A DNA stretch of 64,000 bases from Octopus sinensis. Its lineage: Eukaryota. The stretch spans positions 8,308,001 to 8,372,000 of the forward strand of contig NC_043021.1 in assembly GCF_006345805.1 (NCBI RefSeq), read 5' to 3'. Positions 51,730 through 63,193 of the stretch are shown here, piece by piece (positions within the stretch are counted from its first letter, which is position 1; each line of letters opens with the position of its first letter). The notes under the pieces are model-generated. The model was not told the DNA's origin and searched no databases. It saw nothing but the letters and a program-made list of their open reading frames with translations. The translations under genes were made by a program, and so were the position numbers.

Positions 51730-52012
51730 TGTGGAGGCGCAGTGGTTAGGGCAGCGGACTCGCGGTCGGAGGATCGCGGTTTCGATTCCCAGACCGAGCG
51801 TTCTGTGCGTTTGATAAGCGAAAACACCTAAAAGCTCCACGAAGGCACCGGCAGGGGATGGTGGTGACCCCTGTTGTACTCTTTCGCCACAGCTTTCTCT
51901 CACCCTCTCTCTCTTCCTGTTTCTCGAGTAACGCTGCGATGGACTGGCGTCCCGTCCAGCTGGGGGATGGGGGAGACACATACGCCATAGAAACCAGGAA
52001 GCCGGGCCCATG
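51730..52012 (+). mobile_element. SINE family C chimera
   Basis: Head like 13890, tail like 48629. Confidence 0.7.
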
Positions 52013-52527
52013 AGAGATGTGCACACCCCTATAATGAATGGTTTCAAATTTTGGAAGAAGGCCAATAATTTTGATGGGGGGGGGGAGTAAGTTAGCATGA
52101 ATCTCATTTACATTTTCACAATTCCCTGGGACTTAATTTGACTCAAACAAAAAGGTTTTCTCATTTTGTTAATGACAGGGAAAAAACACATACAAAAAAA
52201 ATATGAATGACTCCGTGTGTGTGTGTGTGTGAGTGAGTGCAGCTGTGTTTTGCGCACACCTGTGCATACGTATACATACACATTTCCCACGCTGCTGCTG
52301 CTGCTACTACTACTACTACTACCACCACACACTACTACTACTACTACTACTGCATCGATCGACTTGCTAAATGTAGCAGTTAAACATAAACATATGCATT
52401 ATAGTATTTATTATACGTGTCGCTTTATATTTGTGTTTGTTCCACTCATGGCCACGGTTCAGTGACTGAAATAGAAATAAAAAGAAAACAACAACAAAAA
52501 CAAGTTAAACGATAGGAAGTTAGACGT

Positions 52528-52696
52528 GCAGGCGTGGCTGAGTTGTCAGAAGTTTACTTCTCAACCACATGGTACCGGGTTCAGTCCCACTGCACGAACC
52601 TTTGGACATGTGTCTTCAACTATAGCCTCGGACCTTCAAAGAAAACTCAGTGAGTGGATTTGGTAGACGGAAGCTGAAAAAGAAGCCAGTTGTATA
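52528..52696 (+). mobile_element. SINE-B 5' half, interrupted in its (TA)n by the Gypsy element
   Basis: Ends gaaaaagaagccagttgtata; (TA)n resumes after 57214. Confidence 0.7.
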
Positions 52697-52934
52697 TGTT
52701 GTTGTTATATATATATAATGTATTGAGTATTAAAGGAAGTAGTGAGTACTTAGTATGAAAGATTAAGAAAATGAGAGAGACTGAAACAACGTGTTAACGA
52801 TACAAGATACTTTATTCGACTGCCGTTGTTGTACAAGTTAATTGTTTTGGCGGGAAACAAAGTGAAAGTCCTTTTATCAAGGGAGACAATGGGCGACGTT
52901 GATTGTTCATGTTTGTTGTGATGATTATATAACA
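52697..52934 (-). repeat. 3' LTR
   Basis: Differs from the 5' LTR by two 1-nt indels only. Confidence 0.95.
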
Positions 52935-52951
52935 TCTTCCTTTTTTTTTTT
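52935..52951 (-). other. Polypurine tract
   Basis: Minus strand A-run + GGAAGA immediately before the 3' LTR. Confidence 0.8.
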
Positions 52952-53109
52952 TTTATTTTTTTTATATCATCTGTATCTACAGGGAATAATTATTCGTCGT
53001 CCACTTTTTGTGGTTTTATTATTTTGTAGTGTTGAATTCTGTAGTTGTGCTGTTTTTGTTTTTTCATGCGTGTTTGTTGACTTTGGAAATATATTTTCAT
53101 AATCTAATT

Positions 53110-56040
53110 CTTCTGTTATGCGAACGTGTTCGTTTGTTTTAAGAATATTGTCTATTTCGTTTGACTGTATTTCCTTCCTCTGTTATTACTAAGTATGAAC
53201 GAGGTTGCTCTAGTTTTTTAATTATTTTGCCCCTTCTAAACCAATTGTTGTTAAACTTAATTCTAACCGTGTCGTGTGGTTTTAACTCTGGGAGTTCTGT
53301 TGTAATGTTTGATTTCTTCTTTTCGTGAGGCCTGATACCAATTTTGTCGTGTAGTATGTTTGGGAGATTTGTTCGCAATGTTCTATTCATTATTTGATTT
53401 GCAGGGGATGGTGCACCATTTTGTAATTTAGTCGTGCGTAATGCTAAGAGCGCTAACTGAGGTTCTTCGTCACTTTTGAATGCCTTTTTTAGCGTCTTTT
53501 TTATTGTCTGTATATTTCTCTCAACCATGCCATTCGCTTGATGATAATGCGGGCTTGTCTTCGTGTGATGAAAATGCCAATTTTTTGCAAATTTTTTGAA
53601 TTCAGCCGAATTGAATTCTGGACCGTTGTCACTTACAACTGTTTGCGGAATTCCGAATTTAGCAAAAGTTTCTTTTAATTTTTTGATTACGGTTTTTGAC
53701 TGGCAATCATTTATTTCGTGTAGATCAAAAAATCTTGTTGTATAGTCAATAATTGTGACATACGAATTTCCAGACAGGTGAAATACGTCTGTACCCACTT
53801 TGGTCCATGGTGTAGTAGGTATTTCATGATTTATTAGTGGTTCGGCTGCTTGTTGATTTTTGTAGTCAATGCAGTATGAGCATGTGTTAATCATGTCTTT
53901 GATTTGAGCGTTAATGCCGGGCCAGTATATACATTCCTTCGCTCTCTCTATGCATTTTTCGATACCCATGTGTCCGGTATGTATTTCCTGTAGAGCTTCT
54001 CTACGTAATGACTTAGGTACTATTATTCTTGAACCTTTTAGAACGAGACCATTGACGATTGATATTTCATCACGAGCAGATACGAATGGTTTGATGTTTA
54101 TTGGTTTGTCTTTTGGGGGCCATTCTGTTCTTGTAAATGTGACGAGTGTCTGTAGAGACGGGTCGTCTGCAGTGGCTTCTTTATACTCGTTTAATTTAGT
54201 GTCGGTTATGGGGTATTTTTTATTACTGCATGAATGTGCGATTTCATATCTTCGTCTGATACTTCTGGAGTATTTTGCTCAAGGTATGCACGTGATAGGG
54301 TATCTGCAACAATTGATTCTTTACCAGGTATGTGGTTTAGGTCAAAATCATATCTTTGTAATGTTAGTAGAAATCTTTGGATTCTGGGGGGGCATTTAGT
54401 GATCGATTTTTTGAATATTTGCTTCAACGGTTTATGGTCATTTTCGATTCTGAAATGAGTTCCGTATATAAACTGATGAAATTTCTTGCATGCGAAAACT
54501 ATACTGAGAGCTTCGCTCTCTATCGGACAGTAGTTTTGTCCGCTTGAGTTGTTGCACGAGATGCAAACGAAACAGGTAGCCATCTTCGTTGTGTTTCTGC
54601 TCAAGTATCGCTCCGAGCCCATGCTTACTAGCATCTGTAGTTATTTTTATTGGTAGATCTGGATTATAAAATTTAGCACTGGTTTTCTGGTAATCATTTC
54701 TTTTAGCTTTTTTATTGCTTCGATTTGTGGTTTGTCGAATGACCATAACGTGTCACTCTGTAGAAGCTGGCGCAATGGTGCTGTGACTTCGGAGTAATTA
54801 GATAAAAATTTACATAGGTAATTTGTCATACCTAGGAATCTTTGTAATTCTTTTTTACTTGTTGGCAGTGGCATGTGAATGATTGCTTGTACCTTGGTTG
54901 GATCTTGTTTTATCCCTTCTGGTTAATATATGCCCAAGGTACTTGATTTGTGATTCATAGAAGATACACTTTGATTTATTTAACTTTAATCCGTGCTTTC
55001 GGATTCGATCGAAAACTTGTTGTAGTCTATTTGTGTGTTCTTCTAAAGTGTTGGACCAGATTATGATGTCATCCTGTGAATTTCTTGCTCCTTCTATGCC
55101 CTCTATTATTTTGAAATTTCTTTTTGGAAAACTTCACTGGCGCTGTGAATTCCAAAGGGTAGTCGTGTGAAGCGATACCTTCCAAAAGGTGTGTTGAACG
55201 TTAAAAGATGGGAGCTTTCTTCGTCAACTGGAATTTGCCAGTATCCATTAGATGCATCGAGTTTTGAAAAATATTTAGGGTTATGCATTTGTGCAAAAAT
55301 GTCCTCGCTGTAGGGAGTTTGAAATGTTGCCTTTTTATGGCTTTGTTTAGATTCTTGGGGTCTAAACAGAGTCGGAGTTTTCCGTTGGCTTTTTCAACGA
55401 TGACTAGGGAATTTACCCAGTCTGTAGGTTCACTAACAGGTTTTATGATATCTAATTCTGTCATTCTTTTTAATTCTTTGTTGAGTTTTTCTTTTATAGA
55501 AAAAGGAACCGATCTTGGTGGATGAATTACAGGAGTTATTTGTGGATCCACTGTGATATGATGTGTTATTGACAAAGTGCCGATTTCTCCGAAACAGTCT
55601 TCATATTTTTCTAATATGTCGTTTGTGTTCGACGAATTTATTTTTGAAATTCTCTGAATCAGGTTCAGATCTTTAGCTGTCTTTGCATCTATAACTGCGT
55701 GCGAGTTTGTTTTTGCAACAATGAATTTTATTTGCTTTGATAATTCTTTGTATTTAATGACTGCTGTGCATTTTCCTAGCACTTTTATAGCTGTGTTATT
55801 GTAAGCTGATAATCGAGTTGAGGTTTTTTGCAGTTGTGGTTTTGGAATTATATTTCTATATTCTCTGAATGGCAGTACGGTTACGTCTGCTCCTGTATCT
55901 ATTTTGAATGTTACATTCGAGTTGTTCACTTTTAGTTCGACCGTCCAAATGTCTTTTGGAGTCTTGAACTTTTCGATTTTGTGCACGCGGGAATTATTTG
56001 CAGTGATCATTTCGAGTGCATGTGTATCGTCATCTGATTC
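53110..56040 (-). CDS. Gypsy pol (protease DTGA, RT with SQDD, RNase H TDAS/DHKPL, integrase HHCC and DDE), frameshifted
   Basis: ORF-track fragments 55201-56148, 55106-55288, 54647-54874, 54438-54746, 54206-54634 and 53139-53969. Confidence 0.9.
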
Positions 56041-56895
56041 ATCGTCGGTATGTATCTCTACTTTATGTACAAATTTTCTTGATTTGCACATTTTTGCATA
56101 GTGTCCTTGTTTCTTGCATTTTTCACATGTCTGTGAAATGCTGGGCATTTATTTCTTTTGTGATTATAACCACAATAGTGACAGTTAGTGACGTAGTGTT
56201 GACTTGGCGCTTGAAACTTCGCGGGCTTTCTGTCACTTCCGCCTTGTTCGTTTTGATGTCTGAATTGCATATGGCGGGTTATTTGAGTTTTGGCGCCTTT
56301 TCTGTCGTGTTGACTATATACCCTCGAGATTTCGTTATCTCTTGTTTCGGATGTGACATTTAGCATCCTTGATTGGAGTCGTGTTTGCTCTGCACTCTGA
56401 CCTGCTTGAATTGTTTTTTGTAGGTCTAAATTTGGTTCTCTCAATAATCTTTCTCGTAATCTCATGTCTCTGATTCCACATATCAGAATATCTTTGGTGA
56501 GACTGTCTGTGAGGTTGCCGAATTCGCACTGTTGTGCCTTTTGGCGCAACTCTACTACGTACTCATCGAATTTTTGATGTTCCGCTTGTCCACATGTGAA
56601 GAATTTGTGTCTTAGGAAAGTTGTGTTTTTCCTGGGTTCACAATATGCATCGAATTTTTCGATTACTGTCTGAAGGTTCATTCTTCGTCGGGTGAATCGA
56701 AATCCAGTGTGGAATGGATATCTCGGCCTTTAGAACCGATGCAAGTTAAAAACATTGAAGTTTTTACTTTGTCTGGCTTCATGTCACTTTCTGTTGCTAT
56801 CAAAAAGAGATTGAATTCTTTTTTCCACTTTTCCATGCTGCGGCTAGATTTTCCTGATTAAAGTCTAGGTCTTTTGGATGCGGTAAATTTTCCAT
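56041..56895 (-). CDS. Gypsy gag, frameshifted
   Basis: Starts MENLPHPKDLDF at 56895; FDAYCEPRKN...CEFG...LRERLLRE; CHYCGYNH...C and CEKCKKQGHYAKMC. Confidence 0.85.
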
Positions 56896-56962
56896 TTCGT
56901 CTTTGAAGTATGATTTCAACTTCTTTTTTCCTTTGGTTTCTGTATTTTGGGTTCTTTTAGTA

Positions 56963-56973
56963 TTCTGACACCA
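56963..56973 (-). other. Primer-binding site TGGTGTCAGAA (tRNA-Leu-type, 11-nt match)
   Basis: Directly abuts the 5' LTR; complementary to a 3' end of ...UUCUGACACCA. Confidence 0.75.
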
Positions 56974-57209
56974 TGTTGTTGTTATATATATATATGTATT
57001 GAGTATTAAAGGAAGTAGTGAGTACTTAGTATGAAAGATTAAGAAAATGAGAGAGACTGAAACAACGTGTTAACGATACAAGATACTTTATTCGACTGCC
57101 GTTGTTGTACAAGTTAATTGTTTTGGCGGGAAACAAAGTGAAAGTCCTTTTATCAAGGGAGACAATGGGCGACGTTGATTGTTCATGTTGTTGTGATGAT
57201 TATATAACA
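56974..57209 (-). repeat. 5' LTR
   Basis: See 3' LTR. Confidence 0.95.
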
Positions 57210-57241
57210 GTATATATATATATATATATATATATATTATG

Positions 57242-57280
<39 letters not shown>

Positions 57281-57338
57281 GTATATATAATATATATGTA
57301 TGTATGTATGTATGTATATATGTACGTATGTATATATA

Positions 57339-57371
<33 letters not shown>

Positions 57372-57387
57372 ATATATATAGATAGAT

Positions 57388-57460
57388 GGCCGGTAGCTCA
57401 GTTGGTTAGAGCGTCGTGCTAATAACGCAAATGTCGTGGGTTCGATCCCCATACTGGCCA
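57388..57460 (+). tRNA. tRNA-Ile(AAT) copy, probably a pseudogene or SINE head
   Basis: Cloverleaf GGCCGGT/ACTGGCC, GCTC/GAGC, anticodon AAT, GTGGG-TTCGATC-CCCAT. U8 missing, one C-A mismatch in the anticodon stem, no T4 terminator, fused to a SINE-A tail. Confidence 0.75.
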
Positions 57461-57499
57461 ATTCGTTTAGCCCCTTGTGGGTAGTAAAGGTCACGTGAT

Positions 57500-57700
57500 A
57501 TATATATATATATATAAAGGGAAAGTTTACGAAAATAAACAAAAGACGAAGACAGGTGGTGTACAAAACAAACAAATGTATTAGTATAGCGCTCAGGAAT
57601 AGAAAAAGTCTTTTACGTTTCGAGCCTACGCTCTTCTACAGAAAGATACACAGAAACAAACAAGGAGAGAAAAAAAATGTATATATATATATATATATAT
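57500..57700 (-). mobile_element. Family HH-A element in (TA)n, with hammerhead-like motif at 57610-57645
   Basis: CTTT CTGTAGA A GAGC-gtag-GCTC GAA ACGT A AAAG; homologous to 7770-7990. Confidence 0.6.
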
Positions 57701-57934
57701 ACGTGGAGTAGATGAAACAAAGGCGACTGTTTTGTATATCCTGTACTCTATTTTTTTCGTTGTTTAAGAAAAATGTCCATTTCCTTGGTTTTGTGTTTAT
57801 GTTTTCGTTTCTCATTGTGTTCGACGTTTTTTTGGTGTCCTGTACCCATATATGCATGTATATATACATGTGGAGATAGGTACGTACATATATATGTATA
57901 TATGCATGTTTTATTTTATTTATTAATTTATATT

Positions 57935-58036
<102 letters not shown>

Positions 58037-58059
58037 GTTTGTATGTATGCATGTACATA

Positions 58060-58455
58060 CAGGGTGCAATGTGTAAAATGTCGCCATTTTATATTTTAAA
58101 TTTCGTGCATGTGCATTGTTTGTTTTTGATTTTGTCGACTACACAGTATGGTAGGGTCAGTTGAGCACCGTCTGTGAGAAAAACACCACCATAACGTAAT
58201 TCACTCAACCATAAATTTGGAAACGACATGCTGCACTGCTTGACATTGAGTCGGAAGCTCCAATACAAACATTTCAGAGTGTTTGGGTGTCAGTCTTAGG
58301 ACATGTACCAAGAGTGATAAAGACCAAACATCCAGTAAACATCATTGTGTTTGGGGCGATGGCGACGTTATGCCGCCATTTATCTTCTCACGCTGCCTCA
58401 AACTCAACACAGAGGCCTATATCAAGTACCTGGAGGAAATAGTGCTGCCTTAGGT
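58060..58455 (+). mobile_element. Tc1/mariner transposon remnant (internally deleted)
   Basis: TA|CAGGGTG terminus; translates VPRVIKTKHPVNIIVFG..GDVMPPFIF...LKLNTEAYIKYLEEIVLP. Confidence 0.75.
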
Positions 58456-58523
58456 GTGTGTGTGTGTGTGTGTGTGTGTATAAAAGTAAAGAAATAAGAT
58501 GTATATATATATATACATATAAG

Positions 58524-58566
<43 letters not shown>

Positions 58567-58568
<2 letters not shown>

Positions 58569-58717
58569 GGAGTAAACACATAAATGTGAAACAAGGTGGA
58601 AAAAAGAGTACTCAAATACCAGTGGTAGAGTAATATGCTTTATTTAAAGCAGCAGAAAATTCAACAAAACCTGTTACTCTGAGTTTCACGCTGACGTTCA
58701 TCGGACATTTTTTGCTA

Positions 58718-58718
<1 letters not shown>
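58567..58718 (-). mobile_element. Family HH-B element, non-inverted, with hammerhead motif at 58671-58707
   Basis: TGT CCGATGA ACG-tcag-CGT GAA ACTC-a-GAGT A ACAG; (TA)n on both sides. Confidence 0.7.
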
Positions 58719-58753
<35 letters not shown>

Positions 58754-59583
58754 CTAATGTAGGATAAAAATTTTTTCGAGAATACTAAGTCCGTAATCAG
58801 TTCGAGTCCTTGACCTTGTGCATGATATGAATTTCATATGGAACAGCGACAGTTGCTCTGGTGCACATTGCTGCACATACTGATATATATGTGCACATGT
58901 CCACGTGTTATTGCAAAGTTAAGATACTAGTGAGGTGATACACACGTATTCACAGCCATATTTGTGTGTATGTTGGTATGTAAATACACACACGCGCACC
59001 CCCCCCACACACACTGAGGGTGGGGATGCAAAACTTGCAAAATTGCTGTCACATTTGAAACTCTTCTCATTGCGCATCAATAGTCATTCAAAAACAGGTT
59101 AATAACATTCAGGTCTATCAATCTATATTATACAAACACCCAAAGTTCGTCTGTCTGTTTTCCTGCCATTCAATTAAGATGATAAAGATAATAAATAAAA
59201 TAGTCGTTTCCCCCTTTAAGGAAAAAAAAATCCAGTTGAAAATGTCGACACTTCAAAGAGTCGTGTCAGCTACCGCCGTCCGTTCTTTTTTCTTACTTTC
59301 TTTTTTCTTTCCTTAATCATTTATACATTTTTCGGAGCGCCGTGGACTTGAAAAATAGAAATTCTACCAATGTTTATATGAGATATTTTGGAATCAAAAT
59401 TACTTGATTTTTTTTTTCTTAAAGGGGAATATTACTATTTTATTTAGAATGAAATATTAACCTACCACGTAAAGTGTACTAGCCATCTGAATGTGGCTAG
59501 CCACTGGGGGTGGGTGTTACTGACGCTTTTAGCCCCAGGAGATCGACGTCTCCAGCTGGCTTTAGACACAATTTCTGTGCACT

Positions 59584-59624
59584 TACGAACTATAGTTTCA
59601 AGGTTTTTGCCTCTCGTCAACGCA
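59584..59624 (-). ncRNA. Decayed hammerhead motif
   Basis: TGCG TTGACGA GAGG-caaaaa-CCTT GAA ACTATAGT T CGTA. Confidence 0.5.
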
Positions 59625-59819
59625 TGGTAAACACCGGTTTTCGATGAAGGAGACCTGTTTGCAAATAACTATTTAATGTTTTTCCCAGCAACCACAGTCA
59701 CTGATTTAGAAAAACTGTCTGAAAGCACGGAGATTTATAGAAATATTAACCTTTATCATCTTAATCGAAAAGCTGGAAAACAGCGAGACTATCTCTTTAA
59801 AGACGAAGATCAGTTGTAA

Positions 59820-60030
59820 TAGGAGGCATCTCGTCCGCCTTTACGTTCTGAGTTCAAATAGTCAATTAGACCGACACAGTACTCAACTGGTGCTTATTTG
59901 ATTAACCTCGAAAGGATGAAAGGCAAAGTCAACCTCGGCGGAATTTGAACTCAGAACATAAAGACAGACGAAATGCCGCTAAGCCCTTGGCTTGGCATGC
60001 TAACGAGTCTGCCGTTTCGCCACCTTAATA
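59820..60030 (-). mobile_element. SINE family A variant
   Basis: gaaaggatgaaaggcaaagtcaacctcggcggaatttgaactc core. Confidence 0.75.
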
Positions 60031-60055
60031 ATAATAATGATGATAATAATAATAG

Positions 60056-60298
60056 TCTCACTCAAGCCATGCCCACGGTGCTGTATTGGCTTGAGGGCTT
60101 GACCGATGTGATTTGAAGCGTACCAACGAAAGTCCGATCACTGCTGCACAAGACCAGGCTCTTGCTACCAATTCAGTGAAGTATAACATCTATAAAACTT
60201 CTGACACCCAGAAATGCAGACTCTGTGGAAAGAGTGTGGAAAATGTGACTCACTTGGTAAGTGGATGTGAGAGCCTTGCACAAAAAGTAAAAGAATAA
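60056..60298 (+). mobile_element. R4/Dong-like (RLE-type) non-LTR retrotransposon fragment
   Basis: LKRTNESPITAAQDQALATN...[19 protein letters not shown] zinc-knuckle region, preceded by (AAT)n. Confidence 0.7.
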
Positions 60299-60302
60299 AC
60301 GA

Positions 60303-60395
<93 letters not shown>

Positions 60396-60759
60396 GGTTA
60401 TCAGTGACAATAAAGGGTGAAATTAATTAATTGGAATAATTATTAATTACACCAAGTAGATTTCGGCATGTAAAAGCCTCATTCGAGGAAAATTTAAGTA
60501 ATACTAAGCAATTAAGGGTTTAGCAACGAATTGCCTCACCACACACCGAATTTAGAAATAGCAGTCAAAGAGTTATAGCTATATATATATATATATTGGG
60601 AGAGAGAGAAGTCATAAGTCATAAAAATAGGTACTTTTTTTCTATGTCCATAGAGTGTTATGTGAATCAAAGTAGACAGTGTTATATAGATCCATTACAG
60701 CCGATCAGACAAATAGGTTTTGTGCCCGATAAAAGGACGGTTACCTAATAACCATAGAT

Positions 60760-61000
60760 TTGCAGTTCTTTCATGTTACCTTTTATGCAGTTTTTGTACC
60801 TTTTTTTGTTTTGGTTTGTGTTGATAATGCTTCCCAATCCACGAATCACTGTAGAACAGCTGCTTTAGGATTCTATCATCTTCTGTTCATACAATATGGC
60901 TGGCCCAACACATCTCAGTAGATATGTAGTGGATCTTGCAAGCATGAAGTGGATTCGATCCACCATAGCCAAATTTAAATTAACACTGCAACAGAACCTT
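60760..61000 (-). mobile_element. Degenerate RTE LINE C-terminal fragment
   Basis: WASHIV.TEDDRILKQLFYS...KHYQHKPK, resembling RWxGHVxRMxDxRIPKQLFY. Confidence 0.55.
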
Positions 61001-61540
61001 TCCCACGGTGGAACAATGGTTTTTCTCTGACAGCAGTTTTACATTTTCCAGATGCCTTTAGCTAGGCCGAAATAATGTCTTCACCACTTGACCTTTTCTA
61101 ACCTCTTCTACTTCACCAAAAGCTAAAATAGAGATAGCAAGATCACCAACTAAATCTAGTATTCTCAATGATATACCTATCCTTCTGGATAGTTATAAAA
61201 GCAAGAACACCCCAAGCAAAAATCAGTCGGTGACGACTCAACGAGTCCAGTCACACGGTGACGACTCAACCAGTTAGTCATAACGGTGACAACGAAGTCT
61301 GGCTGACTAGCTAGAACCTTGGTCAGGGGGAGAAACGAACTTTACTGTCAGCAACTGTGAGACAACGTCTCACATCCTACAACCCTCACTAGCTCTAATT
61401 CTGTTCTTTTACAACATCATTCTATCTCTCTCTCTCTCTCTCTCTCTGTAATTACTACTAAACGACGAAGAGGACACAAACACAAACTTTATTTCGCATG
61501 CTTTTGGATTTATCATAACCTGCCAGTCGAGGCAAGGTAT

Positions 61541-61995
61541 TGTAACGTAACGGTAAATAAACATTTCCTTAAAACCTCATGCATTGTTCATCTTTCACAT
61601 CTTAAAACATGCAACAACAACAATAACTTATAATCGTAACAACTGCTGACCACAATATTTCATAATATTGTTTGCCAATCAATTTCTGCCGTTACAATTT
61701 GGTGACCCTCGACTTCAACAAAAAACTTCATCGTTACAAATACTCTAATAAAAACTTTTTATTGTTACAACTGTTGACTTCGACACATTTTATAATATTG
61801 TGGACCTAACAATCTATGCCGTTACAAATATTTCCTTAAAACTTCATGCATTGTCCATCTGTCACATCCATGCCGTTACAACAACAAATTTTTATCGTAA
61901 CAAATGCTAACCACATTTCATAATATTGTTTGCCAATCAATTTCAGCCGTCACAATTGGTGACCCTCGACTTCAACTAAAAACTTTATCGTTAGA
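61541..61995 (+). repeat. Tandem ~270-bp units ending GTTACA/GTCACA followed by a tRNA-Trp PBS-like motif
   Basis: TGTAAC (61541)...GTTACA (61696); TGGTGACCCTCGAC at 61700 and 61957. Confidence 0.45.
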
Positions 61996-62311
61996 TATGA
62001 CGAGTCCTTTGCAAGGATTCTCTGTCTGGTGTTTTCATTTTGCCATTTGATGTATGCATCTCAAATATTGTTGACAAAAGAGTCATTTATACGTTCGCAT
62101 GTGAATATATGTTCAAGGGAAAATATGCATGCGTGATTTTATGTCTATAGACATATATCAGTATATTTATGATAATGTATGAATATGTACGTGTATGTAA
62201 ACTGATGCTTGTATAAGCCTCAGTATCGTGTGTGCGCGCGCTTATGTGTATGTCCTTGTTCAGATTTAGTTCAAGATTTCTTAACAATGGCATACACACA
62301 CACACACACAG

Positions 62312-62357
62312 GTATGTATGTATGTATGTATGTATGTATGCATCTGTCTGTCTGTCC

Positions 62358-62445
<88 letters not shown>

Positions 62446-62453
62446 CTGTCTAC

Positions 62454-62527
<74 letters not shown>

Positions 62528-62580
62528 GTCTGTCTGTCTGTTTGTCTACCTGTCTGTCTGTCTATCTATCTATCATCTAT

Positions 62581-62645
<65 letters not shown>

Positions 62646-62664
62646 TATCTATCTCTCTGTCTAC

Positions 62665-62738
<74 letters not shown>

Positions 62739-62760
62739 GTCTGTCTGTCTGTTTGTCTAC

Positions 62761-62814
<54 letters not shown>

Positions 62815-62847
62815 GTCTGTCTGTCTGTCTGTTTGTCTACCTGTCTG

Positions 62848-62908
<61 letters not shown>
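62312..62908. repeat. Compound (TATG)/(TCTG)/(TCTA)n microsatellite with higher-order structure
   Basis: The cassette tctgtctgtctgtttgtctacctgtctg recurs between TCTA runs. Confidence 0.9.
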
Positions 62909-63156
62909 GCATGAATGTATGCATATATATAAATGTATGTTTGTGAGATTCTCCGTGCGCCTGTGTGTATATGTGTATATATATAAATATATATATGTGT
63001 GTGTGTGTTTGTGTGCGTGTATGTGCATTTGTACGGATGAATGTTTGTATGTATATAAATGTATGAATGTATGCGTGTTTATCTGCTTCTCTGAGTGTGT
63101 GCATTGCATGCATGTATATGTGTACGCATCCCTGTATAGGGATATGTGTGTGCACG

Positions 63157-63193
<37 letters not shown>

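Larger units (their letters stand above)
52697..57209 (-). mobile_element. Full-length Ty3/Gypsy LTR retrotransposon, Mag-like
   Basis: Two ~236-238-bp LTRs (TG...CA), TSD GTATA (52692-52696, 57210-57214), PBS and PPT, gag with two CCHC knuckles, order PR-RT-RH-IN. Confidence 0.95.
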
